Part shown: piece after piece, positions 25,558-38,235 of the stretch | Layout of the letters: every line of letters starts with the position of its first letter | Numbering within the stretch: the stretch's first letter is position 1 | Assembly (NCBI GenBank): GCA_050575255.1 | Contig: JBNZDD010013724.1 | Location: 4,338,407 to 4,402,406, forward strand | DNA: 64,000 bases | DNA from: Harriotta raleighana | Taxonomy: Eukaryota | Direction of reading: 5' to 3' | Translations under genes and position numbers: made by a program | The notes under the pieces: generated by a model | The model's input: the letters and a program-made list of their open reading frames with translations, nothing else | The model's database searches: none | What the model was told of the DNA's origin: nothing

Positions 25558-26460
25558 GGGACACAGTCGATCCCACCATCCTCCTCCACTACTTGTCCTC
25601 CATCATTCACCTCAGTGGGACTGCATTCACTTGGTTCGAGTCCTACCTTATAAACAACCAGCACTACATTTCTGCAAATGTTTTTTTTTGTTGGAGGAAT
25701 ACACCCAACAATACTTTTCCACCTCCTGTTGCGACCCCCAGTCCCCTAATGATCTGTCAGCTTGTCTGTCGGACATCAAACCTGTGTGCAACTTAGATGT
25801 TGTCAGGTTCAATCCCCTGTTATCCTTCCTCCCCCATATCCGGTCCCTGATCAGCAACATTTTCTTCCATCTCCGCCAAATTGCTCAAATCCATCAATAC
25901 CTCACTCTTTGTCACCTCTCGGCTGGACTACTCTAATGGCCTCCTTCCCGGACTTCTCTCCTCCACCATTCACAAAATTCAGTTCATCCAAAACTCAGCT
26001 GTCTGCTTTCTCACCCGCAGCAAATTCATACCCTATTTACCCCAGTCCTTTCCAAACTCCACTGGCTCCCTGTTACAGAGCGGATGAACTTCAAAATCCT
26101 CGCTCCAGTAATTAAATCTGTCCATTCCTCAGCATCTCCCTACCACTCTAACCTTCTCTCCTCACAGTAGCCTCCACTCCACTGGGCTCGGCCTCCTCGT
26201 CTCACAAATCCTCCACTCCAACATCGGCAGCCGTGCTTTCAGCCACTATGGCCCAAAGCTTTGGAATTTCCTCCCTCAAACCCTTCACCTCACCCGCTCC
26301 TTTCCCATCTTCAGTTCACCTCTGAAGACCTTTCTCTTCAACCACGCTTACAGTCACCTTCCCCCTGCCCCTGGCTCAGCTTCTGGCTCCTGCATTGTTA
26401 AGCGCTCTGAGACGCCACCGGGGTTGTGTGTGCTATATAAATGCAAGATGTTGGTTGCTG
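25558..26460 (+). mobile_element. Degenerate L2 with internal deletions
   Basis: GTAFTWFESYL, LSACLSDIK, FVTSRLDYSNGLLPGL..IQNSA, plus the tail. Confidence 0.88.
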
Positions 26461-26661
26461 TATTTTCACTGTGAAAGTTAATCTATTATACACTTGGATG
26501 GGTAGGATGCATGGCAACGCTCACATGGCTTCATTGGTTCCTCATCCTCCAGGGGATCAAATTCAAGATCCTCACCTCACTTTCAAGGCCATTCACGGCC
26601 TTGAGCCCTTCTATCTGTCAGACCTGCTGACTCCCTGTCAACATACCGTCCCCCTCCATTT

Positions 26662-27070
26662 AGAGAGTAAGACAATATAAGAGAAGAATAATAACAATTC
26701 TTGGGATTTGATATAGTGCCTTTGACCACCACTGGAAAGTACACATGTGTGACTGCTGGGTGAGGACTAGAATGGCCTCAAACATGATGCCCCAAAGTGG
26801 GTGAAGTTGTCAGCCAACCTGTGCTTGCTGCTATGTCTTGTTAATCTTGTGCTAAAAGCATTAACATGCACTTACAGCAAAATCATTGCGACTATCTATC
26901 CTTGCCTCCACTTATCTCTCTGACCTGCTGACTCCCTATCAACCTCCACGCCCCTCGATTTAGCGGGCTCCTGTCTGCTCCAGTGGCCGGGCTTTCAACT
27001 TCTCTGCTTCTACACTCTGGAACTCCTTCCCACTGTCATTTCACCTTGCTTCCTCCCTTGCCTCCTTCAA
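26662..27070 (+). mobile_element. Composite unit fused to an L2 3' segment, copy 1 (interrupted at 27070, resumes 28232-28405)
   Basis: About 240 bp of non-L2 sequence aligns closely with 45057-45295 and joins L2 at the same point (ctatctatccttgcc.ccac.tatctctctgac). Confidence 0.75.
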
Positions 27071-28235
27071 CAACAACAACAACAACAAAATTACATTTAT
27101 AGAGCGCGTTTCACGTCAGGAGGACGTCCCAAGGCGCTGGACAGATGATTTAAGACCCGAGCAGGGGGAAATGTTCGGGGCGAGGGGGGAGGGGGAGGGT
27201 GGGAGCAAGGAGGAGGTAGAGAGTCGAGAGGGGAGCTGAAGGCACGGTCGAAGAGAAAGGTCTTGAGACCGGCCTTGAAAGAGGAAAGGGAGGGAGCGAG
27301 GCGAAGGCACTGGGGGATGGAGTTCCAGAGCCTGGGGGCTGAGCAGCTGAAAGCCCGGCCGCCAATGGTAGGGCGGTTAGGGCAGGGGATGTGGAGCAGA
27401 CCAGAGCCAGAGGAACGGAGGGTACGGGCAGGTAGATAGGGGGATAGTAGGTCGGAGAGGTAGGAGGGAGCAAGGCCGTGAATGGCCTTGTAGGTGAGGA
27501 TGAGGATNNNNNNNNNNGACCAGAGCCAGAGGAATGGAGAATACGGGCAGGTAGATAGGGGGATAGTAGGTCGGAGAGCTAGGAGGGAGCAAGGCTGTGA
27601 ATGGCCTTGTAGGTAAGGATGAGTATCTTGAATTCGATCCTCTGGGGGATGGGGAGCCAGGATAGATGGGTGAGGGTGGGAGTGATGTGATCTCGAAGCC
27701 TGGTGCGGGAGAGTACACGAGCTGCAGAGTTCTGGATGACCTGCAGCTTGTGGATGGAGGAGCCGGGAAGGCCCACGAGGAGAGAGTTCCCATAGTCCAG
27801 CCTTGAGGTGATGAAGGCGTGGACTAATATTTCAGCAGCATGAGGGGTGAGGTAGTGTCGTAGTCTGGCGATGTTCCGGGGGTGGTGGAAGGCAGTGCCA
27901 GTTGTGGCGCGGATGTGGGGGAGAAAGGACAGCTCAGGGTCAAATAGAACACCAAGGTTCCTGACTGGCTTTGCGAGGTGGAGAGTGCAGCCTTGGATGC
28001 TGATGCTGTCAGCACCCGAGTTGCGGAGGCGCTGACGCGAGCCAATCAGGATGGCCTCGGTTTTCCGGACATTGAGCTGAAGAAAGTTGTCTCTCGTCCA
28101 GGACTCGATGTCAGACAGGCAGGCTGTCAGGACATCAGTAGTCGTGGAGTTGAGGGTAGAGGAGGAAAGGTAGAGTTGGGTGTCATCCGCATACATGTGG
28201 AAGTTAACCCCATGTCTGCGGATGATGTCACCAAG
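27068..28235 (-). mobile_element. Young 5'-truncated L2 element with RT catalytic motif
   Basis: ORF 27579-28196 contains (FH)MYADDTQLY..LQLNVRKTE..VRNLGVLFD..TSRLDYGNSLL..WLPIPQRIEFKIL. CpG-rich, with a (TTG)n tail. N gap at 27508-27517 with duplicated flanks. Confidence 0.95.
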
Positions 28236-28405
28236 GGTGGTCTCAAGACCCTCCTCTTGATTGTGCCTTCTTCCGCCCTACCAACTCTCGCCCTCATCTC
28301 CCGCCCACATTTCCCCTCCCCTTTGCTCGTGTCCTGACCCCTGACCTTTTAGCACATTGGGACGTCCTCCCAACGTGAAAGACACTCTATATATTGTCGT
28401 TGTTT
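28232..28405 (+). mobile_element. Remainder of the host L2 3' end
   Basis: gtctcaagaccctcctcttgattgtgccttc..gggacgtcctcccaacgtgaaagacactctat continues the fragment that stops at 27070. Confidence 0.8.
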
Positions 28406-28829
28406 ACATCTATTAACAAGTGAAATTTATAATGGATTGTTTCTTCTAACAAATTGCAATTTTTATTGTTTGCAATTGCAAGCCTTGTTATATGATCACT
28501 CTTCGTTTATACCAGTGCAAGCCAGCATATACCAGGAGTTTAAATCTTTAAAACAACAATAACAAATTACATTTGCATAGCGATTTCATATCAGAAATCC
28601 TAACTCATTGGAGAAATTAGAGAAGCAATTTGGCCTAAAGTCAGAGGACAAGTGAAAAATCATCAGAGTGGGAGGGAGGACAAAATGAAGGGAGGGAGGA
28701 AGGGAATTAGGTATCAGGAGAAGTTGACTTGATTTGAGATATTTAAAATAAGGAAGTATATTGGTAAGACAGACAGGAAACGACTCTCCCACTTGGTAGA
28801 CAAATTCCACATAAGAAGTTTTATAATTG

Positions 28830-29050
28830 AAGCTAAACGAAATGCAATACCAGAAAACAATTCCTCGGACAAGGGTTGTGAGAATCTAGAACGCCATTCA
28901 TGCAGAACTGAATAAGATATTTAAAAGGACGACTAGGGAAATGAGTGGAATTAAGGGATATGGAGAAAGGGGAAGGATTAAGAAACTTAAACAGCTGCAA
29001 TGATCTAATTAAATGGTGGAGTAAGCTTGATACTGTACATTGAATGGTGC
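28830..29050 (+). mobile_element. Degenerate CR1 3' end
   Basis: agggttgtgagaatctagaacg..ggaattaagggatatggagaaagg..atgatctaattaaatggtggagtaagcttga. Confidence 0.65.
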
Positions 29051-29230
29051 ACTTTGTGACACTCTGGCCTTTAATAAGTGAATTGCCTTATGTTAGAACA
29101 TTTCTGTATGAGGTTAAGACTTCCTTACATAGTGTTGGATAGATTAATATGATACAGAAACAAGCCATTCAGCCCATACAATCCATGTCAGTGTTTGTAC
29201 AAGACAGAAGCTCCCATCACCTCTTATTGT

Positions 29231-29488
29231 GGAGTCCTGCAGCGCAGTAGTCAGATCACTTGCCTCGCAAGCGAGAGGACCTTGATTTGATTTCTGTTCA
29301 AGGTGAAATGTTGGGCAAGGTCCCTTACTCCACATACCTCTGCTTACCTAGTACAGTAAAAGCCTGTTTATCCATGACTCGATGAACCAGAACTTCCGTA
29401 TAACCGGCACATCCAAAAAAAGTACTGTGAGACGTCTTGAAGACGTGAAAAGCGCTATATCAAATGCAATGATTTATATTATTATTAG
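29231..29488 (+). mobile_element. SINE containing a MITE terminal fragment (29354-29423)
   Basis: tRNA head, then tgcttacctagTA cagtaaaagcctgtttatcc.., then the SINE tail. Confidence 0.8.
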
Positions 29489-29717
29489 CTTTGCATTTCA
29501 TATAGTGCTTTATCATGTCTTTGAAATGTCTCAAAGCGCTTCACAGACACTGTGAAGTGAATTGACAGTGTGAGCTGTGTGCAACACGGAGCAATCAATC
29601 ACGCACAGCAATGTCCAACAAACAATCGTGGGTGGAGTAATCGAATTGTTATTTTTTTGAAGGAATTATTATCCCAGAAAAGGGATCCGCCATTTGACTA
29701 ATAACCGGGTCCCTACT
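29489..29717 (-). mobile_element. SINE 3' half, interrupted by a MITE (continues ctaggtaagca at 31174-31184)
   Basis: Tail, Deu core and middle segment in reverse orientation. Confidence 0.78.
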
Positions 29718-29719
29718 TA

Positions 29720-31171
29720 CAGTAAAAGCCCATTCATCCGGCACCCACAAGACCTGGCCAATGCCAGTTAAATGGCTTGCTGGTTAAACGGTCGGATCTG
29801 ACACCGAAAACCCAACACAAGAAAAATTAACTTATTTTAACAGACTATTAATAATAGATTAAATAATAACAGATAATAACAGAATATTGTATGGGTATTT
29901 TATTGTAAATGTTGTACACTGTACCATATAAATAATAAGACTAAATACATTAATAACAGATACTGTAATACAGTAAAACCTCATTTATCCGTGACTCGAA
30001 TAATCGGAAAATCAGTTCAACTGCCATCTCAAAAAAAGTCCCGATGCAATTAACTGGAAGATATTTGGCGAATACTGATGACGCATTTAATGTCAGGTCT
30101 AAACGCGTTCCTGCTCCTTTTAAAAGTCGCTTTTTTGTTAACTCGTTCGGTTGAATGCTGCCGTTGCGAAGTTAAGTACTGTATACATAATAAATACTGC
30201 TGCAGGAGGCAGCAGAGAGAGAGGGAGGGTGGGAGCGCAGGAAGAAGGTGTGGGGAAATGAAGAAATGGAGGAAACGGAGAGAGAAGGAGAGAAGGGGGA
30301 TGGAGAGATGGTGAAAAGGGAGAGAGAGAGAGAGATGGATGAAAGCATAATGGAGTGAGAGAGAGAGAGAGTGATGGCAGGCAGGTTGATGCAAAGAGAG
30401 AGAGGGAGGGAGGGAGAGAGAGGAAAGGGAGAGGCGGGAGGGGGGTGAGGGTTGTGGACAGAATTTATATGATGGATTCAGACTGAATATTTTTGAGGGT
30501 GTGTGTCTGTATCTGTCTGTCTGTGTGTGTGTGTCTATGTGCTGGCCGCTAGTCAGGTCTAAACTCGCTGCTTTTAAAAGTTGGGTTTGTTTTACCTCCA
30601 TTGAATCCGTGCTGCTGTTACGAAGTTAAGTATAAATAATAATGTACTAATACAATATTCTTTATTATTTAGTCTATTATTAATATGGTATGTGTTAAAA
30701 AAAATTGTAATTTTTTTTTGGAAACATTTTAAAAGCCGGTTCAACCAGAAATCCATTTAACTGCCACTGGCCAGGTCCCGTGGGTGCTGGATAAACGGGG
30801 TTTTACTGTAACAGAATATTATATGGATATTTTATTGTAAATTTTGTACACTGTACCATATAAATAATAGACTAAATACATTAATAACGGATACTATAAT
30901 AACAGAATATTGTATTAATACTTTATTATTTATAATAAGCTTCTGCATTGGCGGCCGCCACGGAAGGAAAAAAACGACAGCCCAAGTTTAAGACTACTAG
31001 CGGCAAGCTGAAATACCTGTACAGTACTTTCATGCGACAATTGATTCATTAAATGCACCACCCCTATTCTGTCGGATAACATCTGGTTAATTGGATGGGG
31101 ACTTTTTTTTTGATGTGCCAGTTATACGGAAGTTCTGGTTCATCGAATCATGGATAAACGGGCTTTTACTG
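29720..31171. mobile_element. Tigger/pogo-like MITE (outer copy)
   Basis: TA-cagtaaaagcccattcatccggcaccc ... ggataaacgggcttttactg-TA. Confidence 0.85.
29971..30808. mobile_element. Tigger/pogo-like MITE nested in opposite orientation within the outer copy
   Basis: TA-cagtaaaacctcatttatccgtgactcga ... ggataaacggggttttactg-TA, with an internal GA/GT-rich tract. It is a reverse-complement relative of 2800-3591. Confidence 0.85.
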
Positions 31172-31197
31172 TACTAGGTAAGCATGGTCTGAATAGT

Positions 31198-31490
31198 ACA
31201 GAATACTGTAATGTGAATTGACTTTACTTGTGGGTGAAACATGGCAGCCAATTCAATTGCACACAGCAGTGTCCCACAATTGGGAATTGGGAATTAAAAT
31301 AAACAAAGTGTGTGTGGGAGTGTGTGTATGGGGGGGGNGTGGGTGTGTGTGGGGTGTGTGTGGGGGGGGGGAATTATTAACATGCATGTGAAGTAAGAAA
31401 ACTAGCCCAAGGTTTTGCCCCTTGCCATGAATTGAACCAAGTTCTCGTGCTTGTAAGGCGAGTGCTCTAACCACTGAGCTCTAGGACTTC
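31198..31490 (-). mobile_element. tRNA-derived SINE
   Basis: Deu core and head gtaaggcgagtgctctaaccactgagctctaggacttc. Confidence 0.82.
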
Positions 31491-32504
31491 AAATCATAGT
31501 TCATTATTCCAGCATATTCCATTATTATATTCTCCTCACCAAAACCGCTCCATTATGTTCTCCCTCATGAACATATATTGAAATCATACATAGACTGTCC
31601 AGAAGACCAGATGGAACTTTGAAACAACAAATCTACAAATATAGATAATAGCTTAAACTGAGTTTCAGGTTGATCAACAGATAAACATGCTATGTTAGAT
31701 ACATTTGTGCCAAACACTGAATTGCAACTTCCACTATATTGTAGACTCTGTCAAATACAATGGGAAAATTGTTATCATATTAACACAGAAACTGCATCAT
31801 GACTGGTCTTTTCAAACAATATTATGATGCATTGCTAACAATGTGTCAAACTAGAAATATAACAACTATTCCAATGACAATTGCTTAATCCTTTCACTTC
31901 CATTGGAAAGAGTTGAGAGCTGGTTACAGTCAAGAAATAACTTTGATGTTTGCTTCTCTATCAGTGATTTTTTAAATTCTTGCAGGTATGACAAATTGAA
32001 TGCTCACTCTTCATAAGCACTGTGCATGTTTCAAATATATCCATACAATTGTTTGTATATTCTACTGGATGGAACAAGTCTGGAGCTTGAAGCAATGTAT
32101 GATTAATTTGAGATACATGCTTCAATAGCTGAATTATTAAAGGCAAATGACCAATTTAATAATACAACCTATGTTTTATTATGACATCCCTAAATACAAT
32201 ATTATTATGGAATGTTAAAAATGTCCAAGTAAAAGGAAAAAACATAAAATATTTTTGGTTTGTTTTATGAAACATTGATCTAAAAATATGATAAATGCTT
32301 TAGAACATAGAGCAAAAAAACTTGTCGTAATGTTTAATAATTATCAGTTGGCTGAAAACCCTCCCCCTGACTTTGTAACAATGACATTGCCTGAAGACAA
32401 CTAAAAGCTTTTTGTCTTTACCAGTTTTATTGCTGCCTGTGGAACATGATATTTCAGCACCACTTCACAGGATACTATCTTAACTCTAAGAACTAAAGAA
32501 TAAA

Positions 32505-32670
32505 AATGTGGTCACTCAAACCATGAATGTTTGTGGGACACTGTTGTGTGCAATTGGCTGTCACGTTTCTCCCACAAAATGCACGGTCAACCCCCTTGAC
32601 AATATATTCTGTGAAACACTTTGAGATATTTTAATTCTGTGATAAGGCACTACGCAAGAACTATTATTAA
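32505..32670 (+). mobile_element. SINE 3' half
   Basis: tgtttgtgggacactgttgtgtgcaattggctg..ctgtgaaacactttgaga. Confidence 0.75.
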
Positions 32671-32989
32671 TATTATCCTCCCAACGTAAAAAAAAGCACT
32701 ATATAATTGTAAATTGTATTATATTATTATATCAGTGTATGTGCTTCGTTGACTGTGTTAGAGCTGAACTTATTTTTTTTAAATGGCTACCTGGGAAAAC
32801 TAGAGATGACAGCTAACTAACGGTGTATTTTGTTGGGTATATTTATTCATGCTCTATTTGACTTTTTAACCTGTCAAACTACATTTGATTGTTAAATATG
32901 AAGTTCAATGCAGATAATCTCTAGGTACTGCATTTCATGTAAAATAGGAAGTACATTTACTCAATAAAATGGGATGGAACTTGTCTAGA

Positions 32990-33275
32990 AGAAGACTGAA
33001 AGAAATCTAAGTGTGTGAGTTGACTAATTGCTCATCATGTCAAACAGTGTGAGACAGCAAGAAGCAACCCAAAGGGATCTTGGGCTACATTATCAAATTA
33101 GTTAAATTCACATCCCAGAGGTCATACTCAAAGTGTACAGGGCTCTGGTCAAGCCTCACCAGAGCACATTTCTCATGGCGACAACATAAAGGAGCTGCAT
33201 AGGCCCAAGGGCAGTGGAGAGGAAAGCAACAAGGATGGACCCCAATATCAGAGGAACAAGCTTTAAGCAATGATT
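32990..33275 (+). mobile_element. Degenerate CR1 ORF2 C-terminal fragment
   Basis: gggatcttgggctacattatc..gaggtcatactcaaagtgtacagggctctggtcaagcctcac corresponds to CR1 ILG.I..EVIL.LY.ALVRPH. Confidence 0.7.
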
Positions 33276-33290
33276 AAACAAATAGTAATA

Positions 33291-34221
33291 CAGTAAAAGC
33301 CTGTTTATCCATGACCCGATCAACCGTAACTTCCGTATAACTGACACCTCAAAAAAAACAGTCCCCATTCGAATAACTGGATCTTATCCGGTACAATTGC
33401 GGTGGCGTATTTAATGAATTGATTGTCGCACGAGAGTACAGTAGGATTAGTTCTGAATGCTGCCAGTAGTGGCACTTCCGGTTTTCCCTCTTAAAGCAGC
33501 ACTGTCGGTTTTCCCTCTTCCTCTCTCCTTCTTTTTCTCTCTCTCCCTCTTTTTCTCTCTCCCTGTCCTTCCTTCCTCTCTATCTCTTCCTCTCTCTTTC
33601 TATCTCTTCCCTCTCTCTGATAGATTCTACATATTGCCTGTGTAACCTCACTGTATCGTGGGTTTATATGGGGTGGGAGGTAGGGTAGGAGAAGGAGAGA
33701 GAGGCAGAGAGAGAGAGGATGGGGGGGGGGGGGAAGAGAGGGAAAGAGGATAGCGAGAAAGAGAGAGGAGTGGGAGGGAGAGAGAGAGGTGGGGAAGAGG
33801 AGAGAGAGTTGATTAATTCAGATGGAAAATGAGAGGAGTGGAGGGGGTTAGGTTTGGAGTCATTGAGATGCCAGACTGACTGAGTGTGTGTGTGAAAGAG
33901 AGAGGAGGGAGAGAAAGAAAGAAAAAAAGAGGAAAACTTGACAGTGCCCCTTTACGGGGAAAAAACTCTTCCGTCCGCCATTGTAGAAATTTGTTTTGTG
34001 ATTGTGTGCTGGGTTTATAGACTGTAATCAATATTTATTGTTTTATTGGTAAATATCCATACAATATTCTGTTATTATTTAGTCTATTATTAATATTTTA
34101 TGTTTAAAACTAAGTTTTTTGTTTTGGGGTTTTCAGCGTCGATATTCGACCGAATATCCAGCATGCCATTTAACCGGCATTGGCCAGGTCCCGAGGGTGC
34201 CGGATAAACAGGTTTTTACTG
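33291..34221. mobile_element. Tigger/pogo-like MITE inserted in a SINE tail
   Basis: TA-cagtaaaagcctgtttatcc ... ggataaacaggtttttactg-TA. The flanks rejoin as aatagtaaTActtgcatttgata (SINE tail). Internal CT and GA tracts. Confidence 0.87.
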
Positions 34222-34243
34222 TACTTGCATTTGATAGAGTACA

Positions 34244-34584
34244 GAAGTCTTGTAGCTCAGTGGTTATAGCACTTGCCTTACAAACTTGAGACTTGCCTTA
34301 CAAAATTGAAGCCTGCTTGGCTTCAAATCCAAGCAGGGCGAAACCTTGGGCAAGTTTCCTTACTCCACATGCCTAATAATAATTCCACCCAAAAAAATCA
34401 ATCATTTCAATCAATTAAATTTCAATCCATGACTGCTTGTGGACACTGCTGTGCGCAATTGGCTGTCGCATTTCGCCCATATTTATTCACTCAATAGACT
34501 TTACAGCATATTCTGTGAAGCACTTTGAGATGTCTAGAAGATGTGAAAAGCACTATATCAAATGCAAGGATTATTATTATTACT
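34244..34584 (+). mobile_element. Full-length tRNA-derived SINE with a small internal duplication
   Basis: Head tagctcagtggttatagcacttgccttacaa (acttgccttacaaa occurs twice), Deu core and (ATT)n. Confidence 0.87.
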
Positions 34585-34659
34585 ACAGTACTTTATTATT
34601 TCATCAAAACCTTTTAAAGTGCTACACAGGATTCACTATAAAGTGTGATGACTGTGCAG

Positions 34660-35005
34660 TTATAGGGCTCTGCTGCCTTGGAAAGAGACGTCTCAGGGAA
34701 TCTTTAAATATAAAGTTTTGAATGGAATCAACAAAACAATACTTTCTGATATGCCTGTGCAGCAGAAGAGGTCATAGATTCAGATAGGAAAGGGCATTCC
34801 AGGGAATATAGTGGAAGTATTTTTTTACCCAGAGGGTTAATTACAATTGTGATATGAGGATGGGTCATTGAGGCCAGGGCACTGGACTTAAGAATAAAGA
34901 AGCAGCTCAATATTGTAAAGGGACAGTGGAACAGTGGGTATTTTGGAACGATTAGATCAAATGGCCCAAAGGAACTTCCTCATCCAATGCTCTCATGATT
35001 TTGTG
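34660..35005 (+). mobile_element. Degenerate CR1 3' end
   Basis: tgccttggaaagagacgtctcagggaatct..tttttacccagagggttaatt..aagaagcagctc. Confidence 0.65.
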
Positions 35006-37069
35006 ATATGTTGTGCTTTGAGTCGCACTTTTCATTCCTGGTTTAATTGAACTAGAACTGTTTTATGTCACATCAGTGTTTCGTCAGTGCCTTGGCACAT
35101 CCTCCCGACATGAAAAGTACTCTGTAAATGTAATGTTGTTGTTGTACATAAAATGTCTGCTCCAAATCACCTTTAATAAGAAGTTCTGCAGCGTTGCAAT
35201 GGAAATGAGAGGTGATTGAAGGCCACTATTGAGTGATCAACCATCTCCCTTGTTGGTATTTAGAATTATATTAACAATGCAGAACCATACTTATGACTTT
35301 CTTTCAATCAAAAACACCTTTTTCATTATCTTGGTAAACTTCTCACTCAGTTTCCCTCAGATTATTTTTTCAAAGTCCTAGTAGTCTCGATTAAAATCAT
35401 GAATGTTTATTTAAAATATGCCATGGCCAAATATTGCCTTAGCCTTCACTATAAATAGATTTTTTTTGCTTCATGGCTATTTGCAAGACATTTCTATATG
35501 CATATTGGCTACCACGTTTCACCTACAAAAACCATAAATCCTGTGCAAGTGAATTGAGATGTTCTACAATGAGATATTGTTATTATTGAATTATTGTTAT
35601 TATTATAACAAATAGAACCAAGTACAGTCACTAGAACATGTGTAAAACAAGTGTTCATCCAGTTTCAAAGTTGACAGTTATTTCCAATGGCCTAAACCTT
35701 TACTGGGGTGAAAAATGTGATTTATCATAACTGATTCACTGTGAGATCAAATCTGCTATTGCGTTAAAAAGTCACTGATTACACTCATGACATTCCTTTC
35801 ACAAACTCAATTTTGTTGTTTAGTTCATGATATGTCCACTTTACCACTTGAATACTGAATTCCTTCAAAATTATCAAATTACACTTGCCTGCATGCTCCC
35901 TTGCTTGACTAAACAGCTTGCTGTCTGCTTGTCTACCTGGAGCTGTTGTCAATACCAATTGCCAATTACTACTCTGTCAACCTGGCCGTGAACATCATAG
36001 ATATTCAGCTTAATATTCTCCTTACACTGGTAGATCCAATTTTTAACAGTGCTCAAGATACTTAACAAATCTTCTACTGCAGAATAAAACCATTTGGAAT
36101 TTTCGAACAAAAAATATCTTCTGCCAGCTAAGTACAATGCCATTGGTGAGGTGATATGAAAATCATTAATAATCTTAAATATGTAATTGTAATCACATTC
36201 ATTGTACAAAATGCAACGTATATTTCCACTTACATTACAGAAAAAGCTATATGATCAGCTATCTAGTAAAATGAATTATTTTCAAAAAAGTTACATAATT
36301 AATTTTAAAAATATATGTTACACTTGTAACCATCTTTCTTCACTTCCTTTTCAACAGATTAATGAGTCTGGACCTCTGTTAACAGGTGGATCTTAACAAG
36401 AAAACAGGAGCTGGGTGAAAGGGTTATATTTGCTCTGAATTAAATATTTGCCTGCACAAATACAGCATTGAAGCAAGCAAGGAACAATATGCATGCTGCA
36501 AAATAAGATCAACACTAGATATAGATTAGTAATTTGAATAAAGGGATTCCAAACACAACAGGAAAGACACATTTTCAAAATCAAAATCCAGTTGCGTGCT
36601 TTTAGACCTGGGATAAAGAAAAGAGTGTTTCTATATATATATACAGCAGCAGAGATACACAATTAATATTGAACTGAGTTTATTTGAGTACCTATTTGTG
36701 ATATTCTTGAATATTGTGATGACTATCATCTCCTATTAATCATTCTGCCTTCACCTTAATAGATGAATGAGCCCAACTCTTTAATCCATTACGCTGACAT
36801 GTTATTGCTAAAGCAACTATGTGATATCCTTCTACCATTTACACAATCAATAGCCTCTACTTGTTTATGTCACAAAAGCCCCCATAAATGTGCATCTGTC
36901 AATGCCATACGTCATGTATATGAAGCAAATTTAAATGCTGGTAGGTCATAGGAAATGTATTACATCAACAAACAAGGAAATCTTTACTTTTGTTACGATA
37001 TCTGTCTGTATACCTGTGGCCACTATAAAACTAAACTGCAGACAATTCATATTAAGGGAATGGTTGTTT

Positions 37070-37200
37070 TTCACCACAATTTATTGATTGCTGGAGGCGT
37101 GTGTGGATGGACGTTGGGTAAAGACAGGACCGGGTCAAGCTGTGATGCTCCTCACAGTTGAATAGCCTGCCAACCTGCTGTATCAAGGCTCATACATCAA
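37070..37200 (+). repeat. Ancient interspersed repeat fragment (SINE-like), related to 26725-26820 and 45120-45215
   Basis: ctggaggcgtgtgtggatggacgttgggtaaagacaggaccgggtcaagctgtgatgctcctcacagttgaatagcctgcc shares motif order with the middle of the composite unit. Confidence 0.45.
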
Positions 37201-37714
37201 TAAGTGATGAAGGAAAAATGAAGGGAAAAAATACCACAACAAATACCACAACAAATTGACAAGAAACAGCTTCTTGTAACTGTATATTTATAATTAAAGA
37301 TAAAACAAATTATGAAGTGTTTCTTAACATGCTTACTAATAATTTGCTGAAAATCTAGAATATTAAAATACCTAAGTCTTTTAACAGGCCACACACATTT
37401 CAATTGGAAATTTGAAAACAAATCTGTAATTTAGGCAAAAATATTGTTTTCATTTATTAGGAAGAAACATTCAGATAACATTGGGGAATATAGTGGTCAA
37501 ATATAAACAATACCTTAGATTTAAATTTGTACATATTTACCAGAAATATTGGGGTGAAAATTGTGATTTCCCAAACATATTGCATCCATTGTTCAAAGTA
37601 CAAGGTTCATAATAAAAGTTAGTTCCAATTCTGAATGACGGCTGCCTGAAACTATTCTGAAAAGCCTTGCCATTGGTCATTTTCAATTTGCACTTAATGA
37701 GGAGGATTAATAAA

Positions 37715-38013
37715 AATAATCTTTGCATTTGATATGGCGCTTTTCACGTCTTCTAGATGTTTCAAAGTGCTGAATATACTGTAAAGTGAATTGACTGTAT
37801 ATTTGTGGGTGTAACGCAGCAGCTAATTGTGCGCAGTAATATCCCACAAACATTCGTGGATTCAAATAACCCATTTTTTTTAATATATAGGGATTATTAT
37901 TAGTGGTGTGGAGTAAGGAAACTTGCCCACAGTTTCACACTGACTGGAATCAAATCCAGGTCTCTCACTTGTCAGGCAAATGCCTCAGTCTAACCACTGA
38001 GCGACAGGACTCC
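37715..38013 (-). mobile_element. Full-length tRNA-derived SINE
   Basis: Tail, Deu core and head ctaaccactgagcgacaggactcc. Confidence 0.85.
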
Positions 38014-38235
38014 ACAAATAGAACACCATTGGCAAATTAATGCATTTAGTAATAAAATACGACTAGTCAGACAGGAGATGTGTAGACTTGAAAAGTGACA
38101 GAATGATTGACTTGCCTTAATGGTAGTGACAAATTAAGTCAGGGTCGAGTTATCAGTTTGCTGTAATAATTAACACAACCCCTAAAAATTTATGGCTTTC
38201 CCCACCAATCTCCACACCTACAAAAGAGATGGCAT

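Noticed and set aside
27398-27630. Internal duplication and premature stop in the young L2
   Set aside because: It straddles the N gap at 27508-27517 and is likely a mis-join of repeat reads.
30050-30601. 183-aa ORF (and similar ORFs at 3044, 33457, 33813)
   Set aside because: Low-complexity translations of CT/GA microsatellites inside MITEs.
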